Shown one piece after another: positions 20,280 to 29,317 of a DNA stretch of 64,000 nucleotides. How positions within the stretch are numbered: position 1 is the first letter of the stretch; every line of letters starts with the position of its first letter. The translations under genes and the position numbers were made by a program. The notes under the pieces are model-generated. The model did no database searches and was not told the origin of the DNA. It worked only from the letters and a program-made list of their open reading frames with translations. The stretch covers positions 123,620 through 187,619 of the forward strand of contig CAVTIJ010000007.1 of the NCBI GenBank assembly GCA_963734885.1, given 5' to 3'. The DNA is from an uncultured Bacteroidales bacterium. Lineage in GTDB: Bacteria > Bacteroidota > Bacteroidia > Bacteroidales > VadinHA17.

Positions 20280-21158
20280 TTAGGAATGAAGAACAAACAC
20301 AAGTCCGATAATGGCCATGATTCCGCCGGATATTAAATTGTTTAACACAAGAAAGATCTGAATCATTATTTTCGCCGTGGACTTCTTATGTTTGCTGATA
20401 TAAAGATGACGCGAAATATGAACCTGGGTCTTTGTCAGAGATGCCGTTTTCAGGTTTATTCTTGAACTGCCTCCATGATTATGTTCAATTGTAATATTTC
20501 TGCAGAATGCTATTTTCGCGCCAGTTTCGCTGACACGTTTGCAAAGATCAACATCCTCGAAATACATCCAGAAATCTTCATCAAAACCATTGACTTTTGT
20601 AAATAATTCATGCCTTATTAAAATTACGGAGCCCGATACCCAGTCAGGAAAATCAATATCCGGTGTGCGGGATGCGGTGTGCGGTTCGCGGTGTGCGGTT
20701 GGCGGTCCGAGGTGTTTGAAGATAGCTCGCTGAAATCCGGTCAGATTAAAAAATGAGGGAAATACTCCCTCTGCATTGCCTTCTTTCCCGGTTTCATTTA
20801 CCTGTCTGCATGAGACAATTCCATAGTCGGGATTCTGCCCGGCAACTTGAAGTAGCTTGCCGATCTCTGACTCAGTTGCTACGGTATCGGGATTCAGAAA
20901 CAGCAGAAATTTTCCGGAAGCATTTCTCGCGCCCAGATTGCACCCATTGGCAAATCCTCCATTCACTGTATTATAAATGAATCTGAACTTTGGAAATTTT
21001 TTTTCAAGATCGAAAATGGTAACATCCTCAGATTTATTGTCCACGATGATTACTTCATGACTGAAGGCCTTTCCGGTAAAAGAATCAAGTGCATGAAGGC
21101 ACTTAATCAGGCGTTCCCAACCTTTGTGGCATACAATTATTATTGAGAGATCGGTCAT
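20280..21158 (-). CDS. family 2 glycosyltransferase
   Basis: DLSIIIVCHKGWE, IIVDNKS and LNPD (DxD region), then WMYFEDVDLCKR. Contains an in-frame GC-rich repeat insert. Confidence 0.8.
   Translation of the reverse strand: MTDLSIIIVCHKGWERLIKCLHALDSFTGKAFSHEVIIVDNKSEDVTIFDLEKKFPKFRFIYNTVNGGFANGCNLGARNASGKFLLFLNPDTVATESEIGKLLQVAGQNPDYGIVSCRQVNETGKEGNAEGVFPSFFNLTGFQRAIFKHLGPPTAHREPHTASRTPDIDFPDWVSGSVILIRHELFTKVNGFDEDFWMYFEDVDLCKRVSETGAKIAFCRNITIEHNHGGSSRINLKTASLTKTQVHISRHLYISKHKKSTAKIMIQIFLVLNNLISGGIMAIIGLVFVLHS
20661..20716. repeat. 14-nt tandem repeat (CGGTGTGCGGNNNG x3 plus a degenerate fourth) inside the GT2 CDS
   Basis: Units at 20661-20674, 20675-20688, 20689-20702 and 20703-20716. Encodes ...PPTAHREPHTASRTPD.... 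Locally far more GC-rich than its surroundings. Confidence 0.8.
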
Positions 21159-21174
21159 GGGGATGTTTGTTGCT

Positions 21175-21430
21175 GGTTGTTTTTCGTTTTTCGTTTTCCT
21201 GCAGATCTCGCAGATTTTCGCAGAAAATCGTTTGTCGTTTGTCGTTTATCTTTTATCGAAGTTTCCTTAAATCTCTAAGGCCTAGGTCTTTCTTCCCCTG
21301 TGCTCTGTGCGCTGAGCTTTCGCTCACACCTCACTCCTTCTCCGTGATCTCTGTGTCAGTTCTTCAATATTTTTACTTTTCTTCGTTCTCCCATTCTTCC
21401 CTTCTCCCACTCTCCCCCTCATTTATCATA
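21175..21430. repeat. composite low-complexity array (TTTTCGT x2, CGCAGAT x3, CGTTTGT x3, CTCTGTG units, CAGTTCTTCAATATT tail, CT-rich module)
   Basis: Fills the whole GT2-rhomboid intergenic space. Shares its architecture with 22112-22250 and its CT-rich module with 33116-33205. Confidence 0.8.
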
Positions 21431-21439
21431 AATCGGTCT

Positions 21440-22081
21440 TCATCTTCCTGGCTCCTCATCCATCCATTCGTAAACCGGTTTCTGCGGTCCCTGTTTGCGG
21501 TATAACACTGCCAGGATTACCCCGGAAAAGAATCCAAGCATATGAGATTCCCACGAGACATTTTTATAAACTCCGGGGAAGAGTCCCCATATCATTGATC
21601 CGTAAAGAAAAACAATAAGCAGCGATAAAGCAATGAGTCTGAAGTATCTTCTTATTATGCCGCTGAAAAAAAGGAATGATGCTAATCCATAAACAACTCC
21701 GCTTGCCCCGATATGCCAGGCTTCTCTTCCGCCGAACCATACCAGTAATCCTGTCAAAATGTACGTCCATAAAAAAACTTTCAAGGCCACTTCTGAATAA
21801 AAATAGAACAAAGCAAGTGCAAGGAAAAACAGGGGGAGCGAATTGCTGAATAAATGCGTGAAATCGGCATGAACAAAAGGAGATAATAAAATTCCCGGTA
21901 GTCCTTTTGCTGTAAGAGGATATATCCCGAAACGCGTAAAATCTGTGTCGAAGAGGATCTCTATAAGTTTCACAAGCCACATCAGAAACACAAATATCCC
22001 CGGGATAATCATGCTAAGAAGAAGTTTTTTTCTGTAAAAAGCACCTTCTTTCTTTAAATCCGATTCACCTTTTGTCATCAA
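21440..22081 (-). CDS. rhomboid family intramembrane serine protease
   Basis: FVHADFTHLFSN (HxxxxHxxxN), GASGVVYG (GxSG), and a downstream His in WESHMLGFFSG. 6 TM. Confidence 0.85.
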   Translation of the reverse strand: MMTKGESDLKKEGAFYRKKLLLSMIIPGIFVFLMWLVKLIEILFDTDFTRFGIYPLTAKGLPGILLSPFVHADFTHLFSNSLPLFFLALALFYFYSEVALKVFLWTYILTGLLVWFGGREAWHIGASGVVYGLASFLFFSGIIRRYFRLIALSLLIVFLYGSMIWGLFPGVYKNVSWESHMLGFFSGVILAVLYRKQGPQKPVYEWMDEEPGR

Positions 22082-22111
22082 AACTTAAAAATTGTTTCCC
22101 GAAGATCTATT

Positions 22112-22250
22112 TCCCGCAGATTTCGCAGATTTACGCAGATCTGACTCTGTCTGGTTGATTCCAGCAGATTACGCATATTTACGCAGAACTGACTCTGTGC
22201 TTCTTCTGTGTTCTCTGTGACAGTTCTTCATTCTTCATTCTTCAATATTC
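22112..22250. repeat. composite array (CGCAGAT x3 ... CTCTGTG-type units ... CAGTTCTTCATTCTTCATTCTTCAATATT)
   Basis: Same unit order and orientation as 21175-21430, on the other side of the rhomboid gene. Confidence 0.8.
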
Positions 22251-22253
22251 GCA

Positions 22254-23237
22254 TCAATCTTTTCCCGGAAAGGTTATTCCTGCCGCTTTTCTGATCCTGT
22301 CAAGAGTATTCATCAGGTCAATCGAAAACGAATGAGGAACTATATCGCTCTGGAGTTTTCCTTCATCAATACACTTCATTACTTCCAGGGCTTCATACTG
22401 GTAACCCATACCCTCAGGAAGAAGCGAATATTCTTCAACTTCTTTATTGTTTAATGCGACTTTCAGCCTTTGCGACATATCGCGTTCGCGGGAGAAGAAC
22501 AGATTCCCGTTTTCACAATAAATATCACAGCCAATACGCCCTGCTGTGCGGAAAGAACTGTATAATGTTGCTGTCCTCCCATCGGCATAACCAAAGATTA
22601 TACTTATTGAATCTTCAGCTCCCGATTCAGCAAATGAGGCTTTGGCAAGTATTTCCGCAGGAACTCCCATAAAATATAGTGCATCGATCACTGCATAAAT
22701 TCCAATATCAAGAAGTGAGCTGCCACCCAGATTCAGATTGAATTTTCTATCAAGACGGTCATAAGGAGCCTGGAATGAAAAATAAGCGTGTATATGTAAA
22801 ATCTTGCCGGGCCTCCCATTATTAAGTATCTCTTTTGTTTTTTTATAGATAGGCTGAAAAGGAGGCCACAGAGCTTCCATGAGGAATAACCTTTGTTTTA
22901 ACGATTCATCAATCATCTCTTTTGCCTCAAAGCCATTTAGTGCAAAAGCCTTTTCGCAAATGACAGCTTTTTTATGTTTCAGACACAACATTGTATGATC
23001 GTGATGAAAAGAATGAGGCGAAGCGATGTAAACAATTTCCAGTTCAGGGTCAGAGACAAAATCCTCATAGCTCCCGTAATATTTCTTAAAGCCGAATTCT
23101 TCAGCAAAAGCCTTTGCCCTTTGCAGATCGCGGGAGCCAACCGAATGGAGTTCAGCGTTTTCGAGCAGTTTCAATGCTTTTGTAAATTTTGCAGCCATTT
23201 TTCCGGCAGCAAGAATGCCCCATTTGTATTTCTTCAT
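22254..23237 (-). CDS. Gfo/Idh/MocA family oxidoreductase
   Basis: N-terminal Rossmann motif KWGILAAGKMA and EKAFALN. The start is moved to MKKYKW (ATG complement at 23235-23237). Confidence 0.8.
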   Translation of the reverse strand: MKKYKWGILAAGKMAAKFTKALKLLENAELHSVGSRDLQRAKAFAEEFGFKKYYGSYEDFVSDPELEIVYIASPHSFHHDHTMLCLKHKKAVICEKAFALNGFEAKEMIDESLKQRLFLMEALWPPFQPIYKKTKEILNNGRPGKILHIHAYFSFQAPYDRLDRKFNLNLGGSSLLDIGIYAVIDALYFMGVPAEILAKASFAESGAEDSISIIFGYADGRTATLYSSFRTAGRIGCDIYCENGNLFFSRERDMSQRLKVALNNKEVEEYSLLPEGMGYQYEALEVMKCIDEGKLQSDIVPHSFSIDLMNTLDRIRKAAGITFPGKD

Positions 23238-23399
23238 ATCTAAGAATATTTGGATAAAGGTAGGAATAAGTACTATAACCATGGCTTTAAAGTCGTGGTT
23301 ATAGTACTTTGACATAGTTTGGGTTTTAACCCTCAAATTTTATCTTCCTCAGTATCTTCAATTTATAATTTATTTTCAAAAATAAATGAATTATTTTAG

Positions 23400-23418
23400 T
23401 ACTATGTATTGCATAGTA
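23400..23418. promoter_or_regulatory. perfect 7-5-7 palindrome TACTATG-TATTG-CATAGTA upstream of the PspC/PadR operon (candidate operator)
   Basis: Inverted repeat in the AT-rich divergent promoter region. A second palindrome, TACATGTA, lies at 23452-23459. Confidence 0.3.
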
Positions 23419-23432
23419 TAATTATTTATATA

Positions 23433-23440
23433 TATCTTTG
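23433..23440 (+). promoter_or_regulatory. candidate Bacteroidota -7 promoter box (TAnnTTTG)
   Basis: TATCTTTG lies 49 nt upstream of ATG 23489. Confidence 0.3.
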
Positions 23441-23488
23441 TATTGTCATGTTACATGTATTAAACAGTAGTAATTATTTAAAAGAACC

Positions 23489-24076
23489 ATGAAAATCACA
23501 GTTAGCATTAATCTCGGCGGTTATTCATTCAACATCGATGAAGATGCATATGCCGAGTTAAAAAGGTACCTCAAAAACCTCGAATTTCATTTTGCAAGTG
23601 AAGAAAGTTCCTCGGAGATACTTTCAGATATCGAAACAAGAATGGCGGAACTGTTCCGGGCAAAACTAACGAGCTATAAGCAGGTAATAAATATTGAGGA
23701 CGTGCATCAGGTAATGACAGTTTTGGGATCTCCGGAAGACATCTCCAATGCCGAGGGGACAACAACAAGGGATAAATTCTCATCTCCCGGATATCACAGA
23801 ATGTACCGCGATCCCGATCACAGGGCAATCGGAGGTGTCTGTGCCGGTATAGCTGCTTACTGGGATATGGAGATCTGGCTTGTACGGCTAATATTCCTTA
23901 TTCTGGGATTTATGGGTGTTGGCATACTTATTTATCTCATTTTGTACATAGTTCTTCCAGAGGCTAAGACTACTGCAGAGAAGATTGAAATGAAAGGCCA
24001 CCCGGTCAATATTCACAATATTACAGAATCTGTTAAGAAAGAATTTGATACTGTAACAAAGAACATGAAACGATAA
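23489..24076 (+). CDS. PspC domain-containing membrane protein (short paralog)
   Basis: RDPDHRAIGGVCAGIAAYWDMEIWLVRLIFLIL is a PspC motif. The N-terminal domain is homologous to that of 24468..26006. Confidence 0.75.
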   Translation: MKITVSINLGGYSFNIDEDAYAELKRYLKNLEFHFASEESSSEILSDIETRMAELFRAKLTSYKQVINIEDVHQVMTVLGSPEDISNAEGTTTRDKFSSPGYHRMYRDPDHRAIGGVCAGIAAYWDMEIWLVRLIFLILGFMGVGILIYLILYIVLPEAKTTAEKIEMKGHPVNIHNITESVKKEFDTVTKNMKR

Positions 24077-24109
24077 ACGATAAAAAATAAAAAATAAAAA
24101 ACATATACC

Positions 24110-24436
24110 ATGGATCTAGAAAATAACAAAGCACAAATGCGCAAGGGTATACTGGAGTATTGCATCCTATCGGTATTGTCAAGAAACTCCTGCTATGCCA
24201 GCGACATAATTAAAGAACTTAAGGAAGCCGAGGTTATCGTCGTTGAAGGCACTCTCTACCCGTTGCTGACCAGACAAAAGAATGCAGGATTATTAAGTTA
24301 CCGCTGGGAGGAATCACAACAGGGTCCACCACGAAAATATTATGAACTTACCGATGAAGGACGTAAGTATCTGGCCGAACTTGACAAATCGTGGCTCGAG
24401 CTTGTCGAATCAGTCAATCATATAAGAACCAGCTAA
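24110..24436 (+). CDS. PadR family transcriptional regulator
   Basis: 108 aa. ILEYCILSVL...YASDIIKEL...EGTLYPLLTRQKNAGLL...PRKYYELTDEG. Confidence 0.85.
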   Translation: MDLENNKAQMRKGILEYCILSVLSRNSCYASDIIKELKEAEVIVVEGTLYPLLTRQKNAGLLSYRWEESQQGPPRKYYELTDEGRKYLAELDKSWLELVESVNHIRTS

Positions 24437-24467
24437 TCTAAAATTAAATCTATAAAAACTGTCACTA

Positions 24468-26006
24468 ATGGACAAGACAATTAATATAAATCTGGGAGGA
24501 ACTCTATTTCAGATTGATGAAGAGGCTTACCGGATATTGCGTGAATACCTGCAGGCAATTAATAATCGCTATGCCAATGTGCATGGCGGACATGAAACAA
24601 TTGAGGACATTGAATCACGAATAGCTGAAATATTTCAATCTCAGAAAGGACTTGCCGGAGTAATCACAAGGGAAAATGTCGAATCGATGATCTCAATTAT
24701 CGGAAAACCTGAAGAATTTGATCCGGGCGAACCTGAGTATAGTAAACAAACGTTTTCTTCTGAGAAAAAAAGAATGTACCGCAATTCCGATGACACAATT
24801 ATCGGAGGCGTCTGCAGCGGTATAGCAGCATATCTCGATTCTGATCCTGTACTTTTCAGAATCCTTTTTGTTGTTTTTGCAATATTCTTCGGAGTTGGAT
24901 TCTTCGTCTATCTGGCTCTGTGGATTGCCCTGCCTCCAGCCCGGACAGAGGCACAAAAGAGAAGCATGTACGGCAGCTCCTACAATTCATTGCATGATTC
25001 TGGGCAGATAAACAAAGCTCCCGGTTCCTCAAGATTAGGAAATGCCATCAATGAAGTATTCAGAGCAATAGGGAATGTGATCTATGTGATCTTCAGAATA
25101 TTTATGATAATATTTGGAGTCGCATTTGTTCTTATGGGGTTCCTTTTCATCCTAAGTTATGTAATGATCATCTTCTTTAAATTCCCGGGAATCTTTTCAA
25201 TTGATGCAACAGGTGTTAATTTGTTCAACATACCCGATTTTCTAAATTATATCGTGAATCCTTCGACTGTCCCCTGGATTATGATTTTAACATCAGTTGT
25301 AGTTATTCTTCCGATGCTCGCACTCATTTACTGGGGAGTAAAAATGATATTCTGGTTTCATGCCAGAGATGGTGTTGTAAGTCTGGTTGCACTGGTTGTC
25401 TGGGTAATGGCAATAGCTGCTCTGACGATTATCGGGTTCAATGAAGGAGTTAGTTTTGCTCAGACTGCTCAATCTTCAGTAGAAAAAGTTCTGACCCGGA
25501 CTCCTGATACTCTCTATGTTCACACAGATAACAAAATCTCTGCTCTTAAATACGAAAAGGAGATATCGCTTCCCCATGAAGAATATTCTGTGTTCATTAA
25601 TGATGAGAAGAAAGAACTTTATATCAGACCATTCCTTGATGTGGAATTATCAGACAATAAAGCGACAAGGGTAGACGTAAGGAAACGATCAGCCGGACGA
25701 ACAGAATTCGACGCAAACAGTAAATCGGAGGGTCTGATCTATAAATTCAATCTTGAGAATGATTCACTGAATATTGATGAATATTTTACGATTCCGGCAG
25801 GACGTAAATGGTCAGCTGACAATATTAGCATACATCTTTTTGTCCCGGCCGGCACCATTCTTAAATTCGATGAGGCCTCAAGAATACTTGTTCACTCGCA
25901 TATACGCGAAGGTTCTGATGATTATTACGAATCTCGATGGGAATCAAGTATTGGTACCTGGAAAATGACAGACGATGGTCTTGAACCGCTGTCCAAAACT
26001 TATTAA
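24468..26006 (+). CDS. PspC domain-containing membrane protein (long form)
   Basis: DDTIIGGVCSGIAAYLDSDPVLFRILFVVFA PspC motif, several TM helices and a large C-terminal domain. Confidence 0.75.
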   Translation: MDKTININLGGTLFQIDEEAYRILREYLQAINNRYANVHGGHETIEDIESRIAEIFQSQKGLAGVITRENVESMISIIGKPEEFDPGEPEYSKQTFSSEKKRMYRNSDDTIIGGVCSGIAAYLDSDPVLFRILFVVFAIFFGVGFFVYLALWIALPPARTEAQKRSMYGSSYNSLHDSGQINKAPGSSRLGNAINEVFRAIGNVIYVIFRIFMIIFGVAFVLMGFLFILSYVMIIFFKFPGIFSIDATGVNLFNIPDFLNYIVNPSTVPWIMILTSVVVILPMLALIYWGVKMIFWFHARDGVVSLVALVVWVMAIAALTIIGFNEGVSFAQTAQSSVEKVLTRTPDTLYVHTDNKISALKYEKEISLPHEEYSVFINDEKKELYIRPFLDVELSDNKATRVDVRKRSAGRTEFDANSKSEGLIYKFNLENDSLNIDEYFTIPAGRKWSADNISIHLFVPAGTILKFDEASRILVHSHIREGSDDYYESRWESSIGTWKMTDDGLEPLSKTY

Positions 26007-26051
26007 ATCAAAAGAATTCCATGTTTTTTCATTCCTGAATTTTTCCATGAC

Positions 26052-26090
26052 ATCCGGTACCTGTTCTGCGGTACCGGATTTTTTATTTTA
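26052..26090 (+). terminator. rho-independent terminator
   Basis: Perfect 10-bp stem ATCCGGTACC/GGTACCGGAT with an 8-nt loop, followed by TTTTTTATTTT. Lies 46 nt after the stop of 24468..26006. Confidence 0.8.
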
Positions 26091-26210
26091 TGATATATAT
26101 AAGTTTTACAACCAAAAGAGGGACTGAACGAAAACAAAATTTGTAAAAAGCGTCCTGTTTCAGTCTAAAAAGTTATATTTATATTTGAGAATAAATTAAA
26201 GCCTATCCTT

Positions 26211-27299
26211 ATGAAAAAGAACGTCTTGTTTCTCATCGTAATTTTTATTTTTTTAGCTAGTCCAGCAAATGCCCAGGTAAACAGGTTAATGAATAAGGTT
26301 ACAAAATCTGTTGCAGATAAAATTGACGGCAAACCTGCTGAATCCACAAAAAATACAAATAAGGAACCGGAGCCTAAATGTGCATGCGAAAAACCTGAGC
26401 TCATAGTTGATCTGGGCAAATTGAAGCTTATGTATTCTGAGTTATCTATCCTGCTCAACGATGAAGGGGCCATTCTTCTTTCAGAAAGATATTCGGATAA
26501 CTATTATATTGCTAAAGATGGGGTGACACAGGGTCCGGTTAAAAAAGGAGATCCGAGACTGGCAGGTTTCGATATCCCCGATAATTCAATGGCACCTGAT
26601 AATTCAAAAGGCGGGGATGAGGATTCCGCTGATAAAAATCCCTGGGCTAACAATCAGTATATAACCAAAACCGGGGAAAAGTATGTGATAAAATTTGATG
26701 GGAAGAGTTATGGGCCATATTCAACCATTCAACAGTTTAAGGTTACAAAATCTAAAGATAAGTTTGCTGCAATGGTCGTTGAAAACGTCCCGATAACAGA
26801 GGCAGAAGGGAAAAAAATGCAGAAAGAAATTGACAATGCAAAGACAGAACAGGAAAAGAGAGACCTTGCCATGAAGTATAATCAGCAAATGATGAAAAAA
26901 ATGATGGAAGGCGGCGGACCTAGCAGCACTCTTCCAAAATTTGTTTCGAATATTCCTGGTGCAAGCTACGATCTCCTCAAATCACAGGGGGGAAGTCTGA
27001 ATAATGAAATGAAGTACGATGATATTCTGTTCAAAACCTACGATAAAGTAATGGATCTTTCGAATAATGTATTACTGAATCTTAGTAAAGATGCCCAGAA
27101 TAATGAGGACATTTTTGTAACCACTGATAATTCAAAATATGCCTGGTATAACTCCGGAACTCTTACATTTAGTGACAATAAGGTTATGTCTGATCTTTTT
27201 AATCCTCATCTTGTAAAAGTGAACAGCCAGGTAAACCTTGCATATATGTATTATTCGCCTAAGAATAATTCCATTATGCAATGTAAGATACCTTTCTAG
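26211..27299 (+). CDS. hypothetical secreted protein
   Basis: Signal peptide (ASPANA/Q). No recognisable domain. Confidence 0.5.
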   Translation: MKKNVLFLIVIFIFLASPANAQVNRLMNKVTKSVADKIDGKPAESTKNTNKEPEPKCACEKPELIVDLGKLKLMYSELSILLNDEGAILLSERYSDNYYIAKDGVTQGPVKKGDPRLAGFDIPDNSMAPDNSKGGDEDSADKNPWANNQYITKTGEKYVIKFDGKSYGPYSTIQQFKVTKSKDKFAAMVVENVPITEAEGKKMQKEIDNAKTEQEKRDLAMKYNQQMMKKMMEGGGPSSTLPKFVSNIPGASYDLLKSQGGSLNNEMKYDDILFKTYDKVMDLSNNVLLNLSKDAQNNEDIFVTTDNSKYAWYNSGTLTFSDNKVMSDLFNPHLVKVNSQVNLAYMYYSPKNNSIMQCKIPF

Positions 27300-27310
27300 C
27301 CATACAATAT

Positions 27311-27380
27311 ACAAAGTCCCATTTGTAAAGTTTTAACTTTGCGCCCTTTGTGCCAACTTTGTGTTCTCGTGGTTAAAAAA
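27311..27380. repeat. palindromic intergenic element, copy 4 (mostly right arm)
   Basis: ACAAAGtcccaTTTGT hairpin, then CTTTGCG, CTTTGTG, CTTTGTG, TCGTGGTTAAAAAA. Confidence 0.65.
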
Positions 27381-27420
27381 CTTTTTCAACAGCGTACCGG
27401 AAAAGCGTTATGAATTTCGC

Positions 27421-28128
27421 ATGATGAAAGTATTATTTGCTGTTATATTTTTCTGTTTATCATGCCATCCGGCGTCCTCACAGTCTGTCAATTATAAGGA
27501 TCTTTTTGGCGACGACTGGAAAAAGGCAGCGGCATTTGAAAAAGAGAACCGCAGTTGGATGGAGCCCGTTATCAGTAAGTACAAAATCTCCTACCCTCTC
27601 GCAATTTCAATTATTTTCCCTGAACTTGTTCGATATTCAGCGCTACGCGATAAGATGGAAACCACCTTACTGAAAACACTTTATGTTAATCTTGGAGAGG
27701 ATTACGCCGACTTTTCAATCGGTGTCCTCCAAATGAAGCCTTCATTTGCTGAAGCGATAAGGGAAGAGTCACTTTCAGTAAAAAATGAAATGCCGGATTT
27801 CAGTTTTGCTCAGATTTCTGAGTTTGATGATATTATACCATACAGGAAATCGATTGTAAAAGATCTTGAGGACCCTAAAGCCGAGGTTAATTACCTGATT
27901 GCGTTTATAAAGATCTGCGAAAAGAAATTTCCTACTGAAAATGAAAACGAATTATCAAGGATAAGATTTCTTTCCACTGCTTACAATTGTGGCATAAACA
28001 AAACCGCAGCCGAAATTGAGAAGATGTCTGACAAGAAGTTTTTTAATACCAAACTGTTTAAAACTGAAAATTACTCCTACTCCGATGTATCTGTTTTTTG
28101 GTATAAGGAATACACATCTGGGATTTAA
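27421..28128 (+). CDS. hypothetical secreted protein (weak lytic-transglycosylase-like GVLQM motif)
   Basis: Signal peptide from MMKVLFAVIFF. The 27361 start in the ORF track lies inside a repeat and is rejected. The family guess is weak. Confidence 0.45.
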   Translation: MMKVLFAVIFFCLSCHPASSQSVNYKDLFGDDWKKAAAFEKENRSWMEPVISKYKISYPLAISIIFPELVRYSALRDKMETTLLKTLYVNLGEDYADFSIGVLQMKPSFAEAIREESLSVKNEMPDFSFAQISEFDDIIPYRKSIVKDLEDPKAEVNYLIAFIKICEKKFPTENENELSRIRFLSTAYNCGINKTAAEIEKMSDKKFFNTKLFKTENYSYSDVSVFWYKEYTSGI

Positions 28129-28247
28129 TATTGCTCATTTTCAGTTTCTCATTGTTAAAACCTTAGATATCCCATCTGCTTAATCAAAAAAATCAGGCAA
28201 GGTCAACCATACTAAGATCTTGGTTGTTGTAATAAATAAATCTCAAA

Positions 28248-28616
28248 ATGAAAAGCTCAGTTGTTCCCTGGTTAACTGTCAGCAGCTCTTATAAGGCAAG
28301 GGATTTTTATAAATCAGCTTTTGGCGCTGTTGAAGTTTACAGCATGGAAGGAAATAATGATGATCTGGTTGTGAGACTTTCAATAGAAGGAGCCGAATTC
28401 TGGGTGAGTAATGATCCGGTTGAGGAGAAAAGAATGCTTGGCGGAGGAAATGTGAGAATGATATTAACTGTTAATGATCCTGATAAATTGTTTCTTCGGG
28501 CTTTGAAAGCAGGTGCAACACAGGTCTTTCCGGTAAGCGAGGAACATGGCTGGAGGCTTGGACGATTGATTGACCCGTTTGGTCTTCACTGGGAAATTGG
28601 TAAGCCACAAAAATAA
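28248..28616 (+). CDS. VOC/glyoxalase family protein (PhnB-like)
   Basis: 122 aa. VPWLTV...FYKSAFGA...DPFGLHWEI is typical of PhnB-like VOC proteins. Confidence 0.7.
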   Translation: MKSSVVPWLTVSSSYKARDFYKSAFGAVEVYSMEGNNDDLVVRLSIEGAEFWVSNDPVEEKRMLGGGNVRMILTVNDPDKLFLRALKAGATQVFPVSEEHGWRLGRLIDPFGLHWEIGKPQK

Positions 28617-28668
28617 ACTGACTGAAATTTCCTCAAGTTAGAGCACACGCCCTACCCTGTGCCACAAA

Positions 28669-28691
28669 AGCCCGGATTACAAATCCGGGCT
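28669..28691 (+). terminator. stem-loop AGCCCGGAT-TACAA-ATCCGGGCT (possible terminator)
   Basis: Perfect 9-bp stem 53 nt after the stop. It has no immediate T-tract, and flanking CCACAAAAG...TCGTGGTGA resemble a degenerate repeat element. Confidence 0.4.
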
Positions 28692-28794
28692 AGCAGATCA
28701 TTTTGAATCGTGGTGACGAAAATCAAACAAAAAAGTAATTTCTTATGTTAAACTTATCATTTGATTTTTAAAAATTATAATAAGAAATATACCT

Positions 28795-29217
28795 ATGACA
28801 AATCAGATTTATCCTTGCTTATGGTTTGAAAATCAGGCCAGAGCAGCAGCAGAATTTTATTGTTCGATTTTCAAAAACTCAAAAATAACTTCTGAAAATA
28901 ATATGGTTGTTACATTCGAACTGAATGGTTCGAAATTTATGGCGTTAAATGCCGGACCCGAATTCAAATTCAACGAAGCTGTTTCATTCGTGGTGGATTG
29001 TGAAACACAGGAAGAAATTGATTACTTCTGGAATAAGCTTACCAAAGGTGGAAGCGAAGGAGAATGCGGATGGCTTAAAGACAGGTTTGGTGTATCGTGG
29101 CAGATAGTACCTACCGTTCTTGGAAAACTGATGAGCAACCCTGAAAAATCACAAAGAGTAATGAAGGAAATTCTCAAGATGAAAAAACTGGAGATTGAGA
29201 AATTAGTTACAGCATAA
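28795..29217 (+). CDS. VOC family protein (3-demethylubiquinone-9 3-methyltransferase-domain type)
   Basis: IYPCLWFENQARAAAEFYCSIF...CGWLKDRFGVSWQIVP is the signature of this VOC subfamily. Confidence 0.75.
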   Translation: MTNQIYPCLWFENQARAAAEFYCSIFKNSKITSENNMVVTFELNGSKFMALNAGPEFKFNEAVSFVVDCETQEEIDYFWNKLTKGGSEGECGWLKDRFGVSWQIVPTVLGKLMSNPEKSQRVMKEILKMKKLEIEKLVTA

Positions 29218-29317
29218 TCTATGTTCCCTGGTTAACATTACAAAAATTTAGATCTGATTATTTCAACATAACCTCAGCCCTGATTGTTTATCAGTTAATT
29301 TAAAACAATTCACAATC

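Noticed and set aside
21143-21505. 120-aa ORF across the GT2-rhomboid intergenic region
   Set aside because: It translates the low-complexity micro-repeat array (poly-S/F/R/L) and has no start context or domain, so it is spurious.
28264-29237. Exact 14-mer GTTCCCTGGTTAAC at 28264 (VOC N-terminus, VPWLTV) and at 29224 (just after the next VOC gene): possible remnant of a duplicated VOC 5' end
   Set aside because: Several exact 14-mer pairs are expected by chance in this window. The downstream reading frame (VPWLTLQKFRSDYF...) terminates after ~30 codons with only weak similarity, so the support is insufficient.
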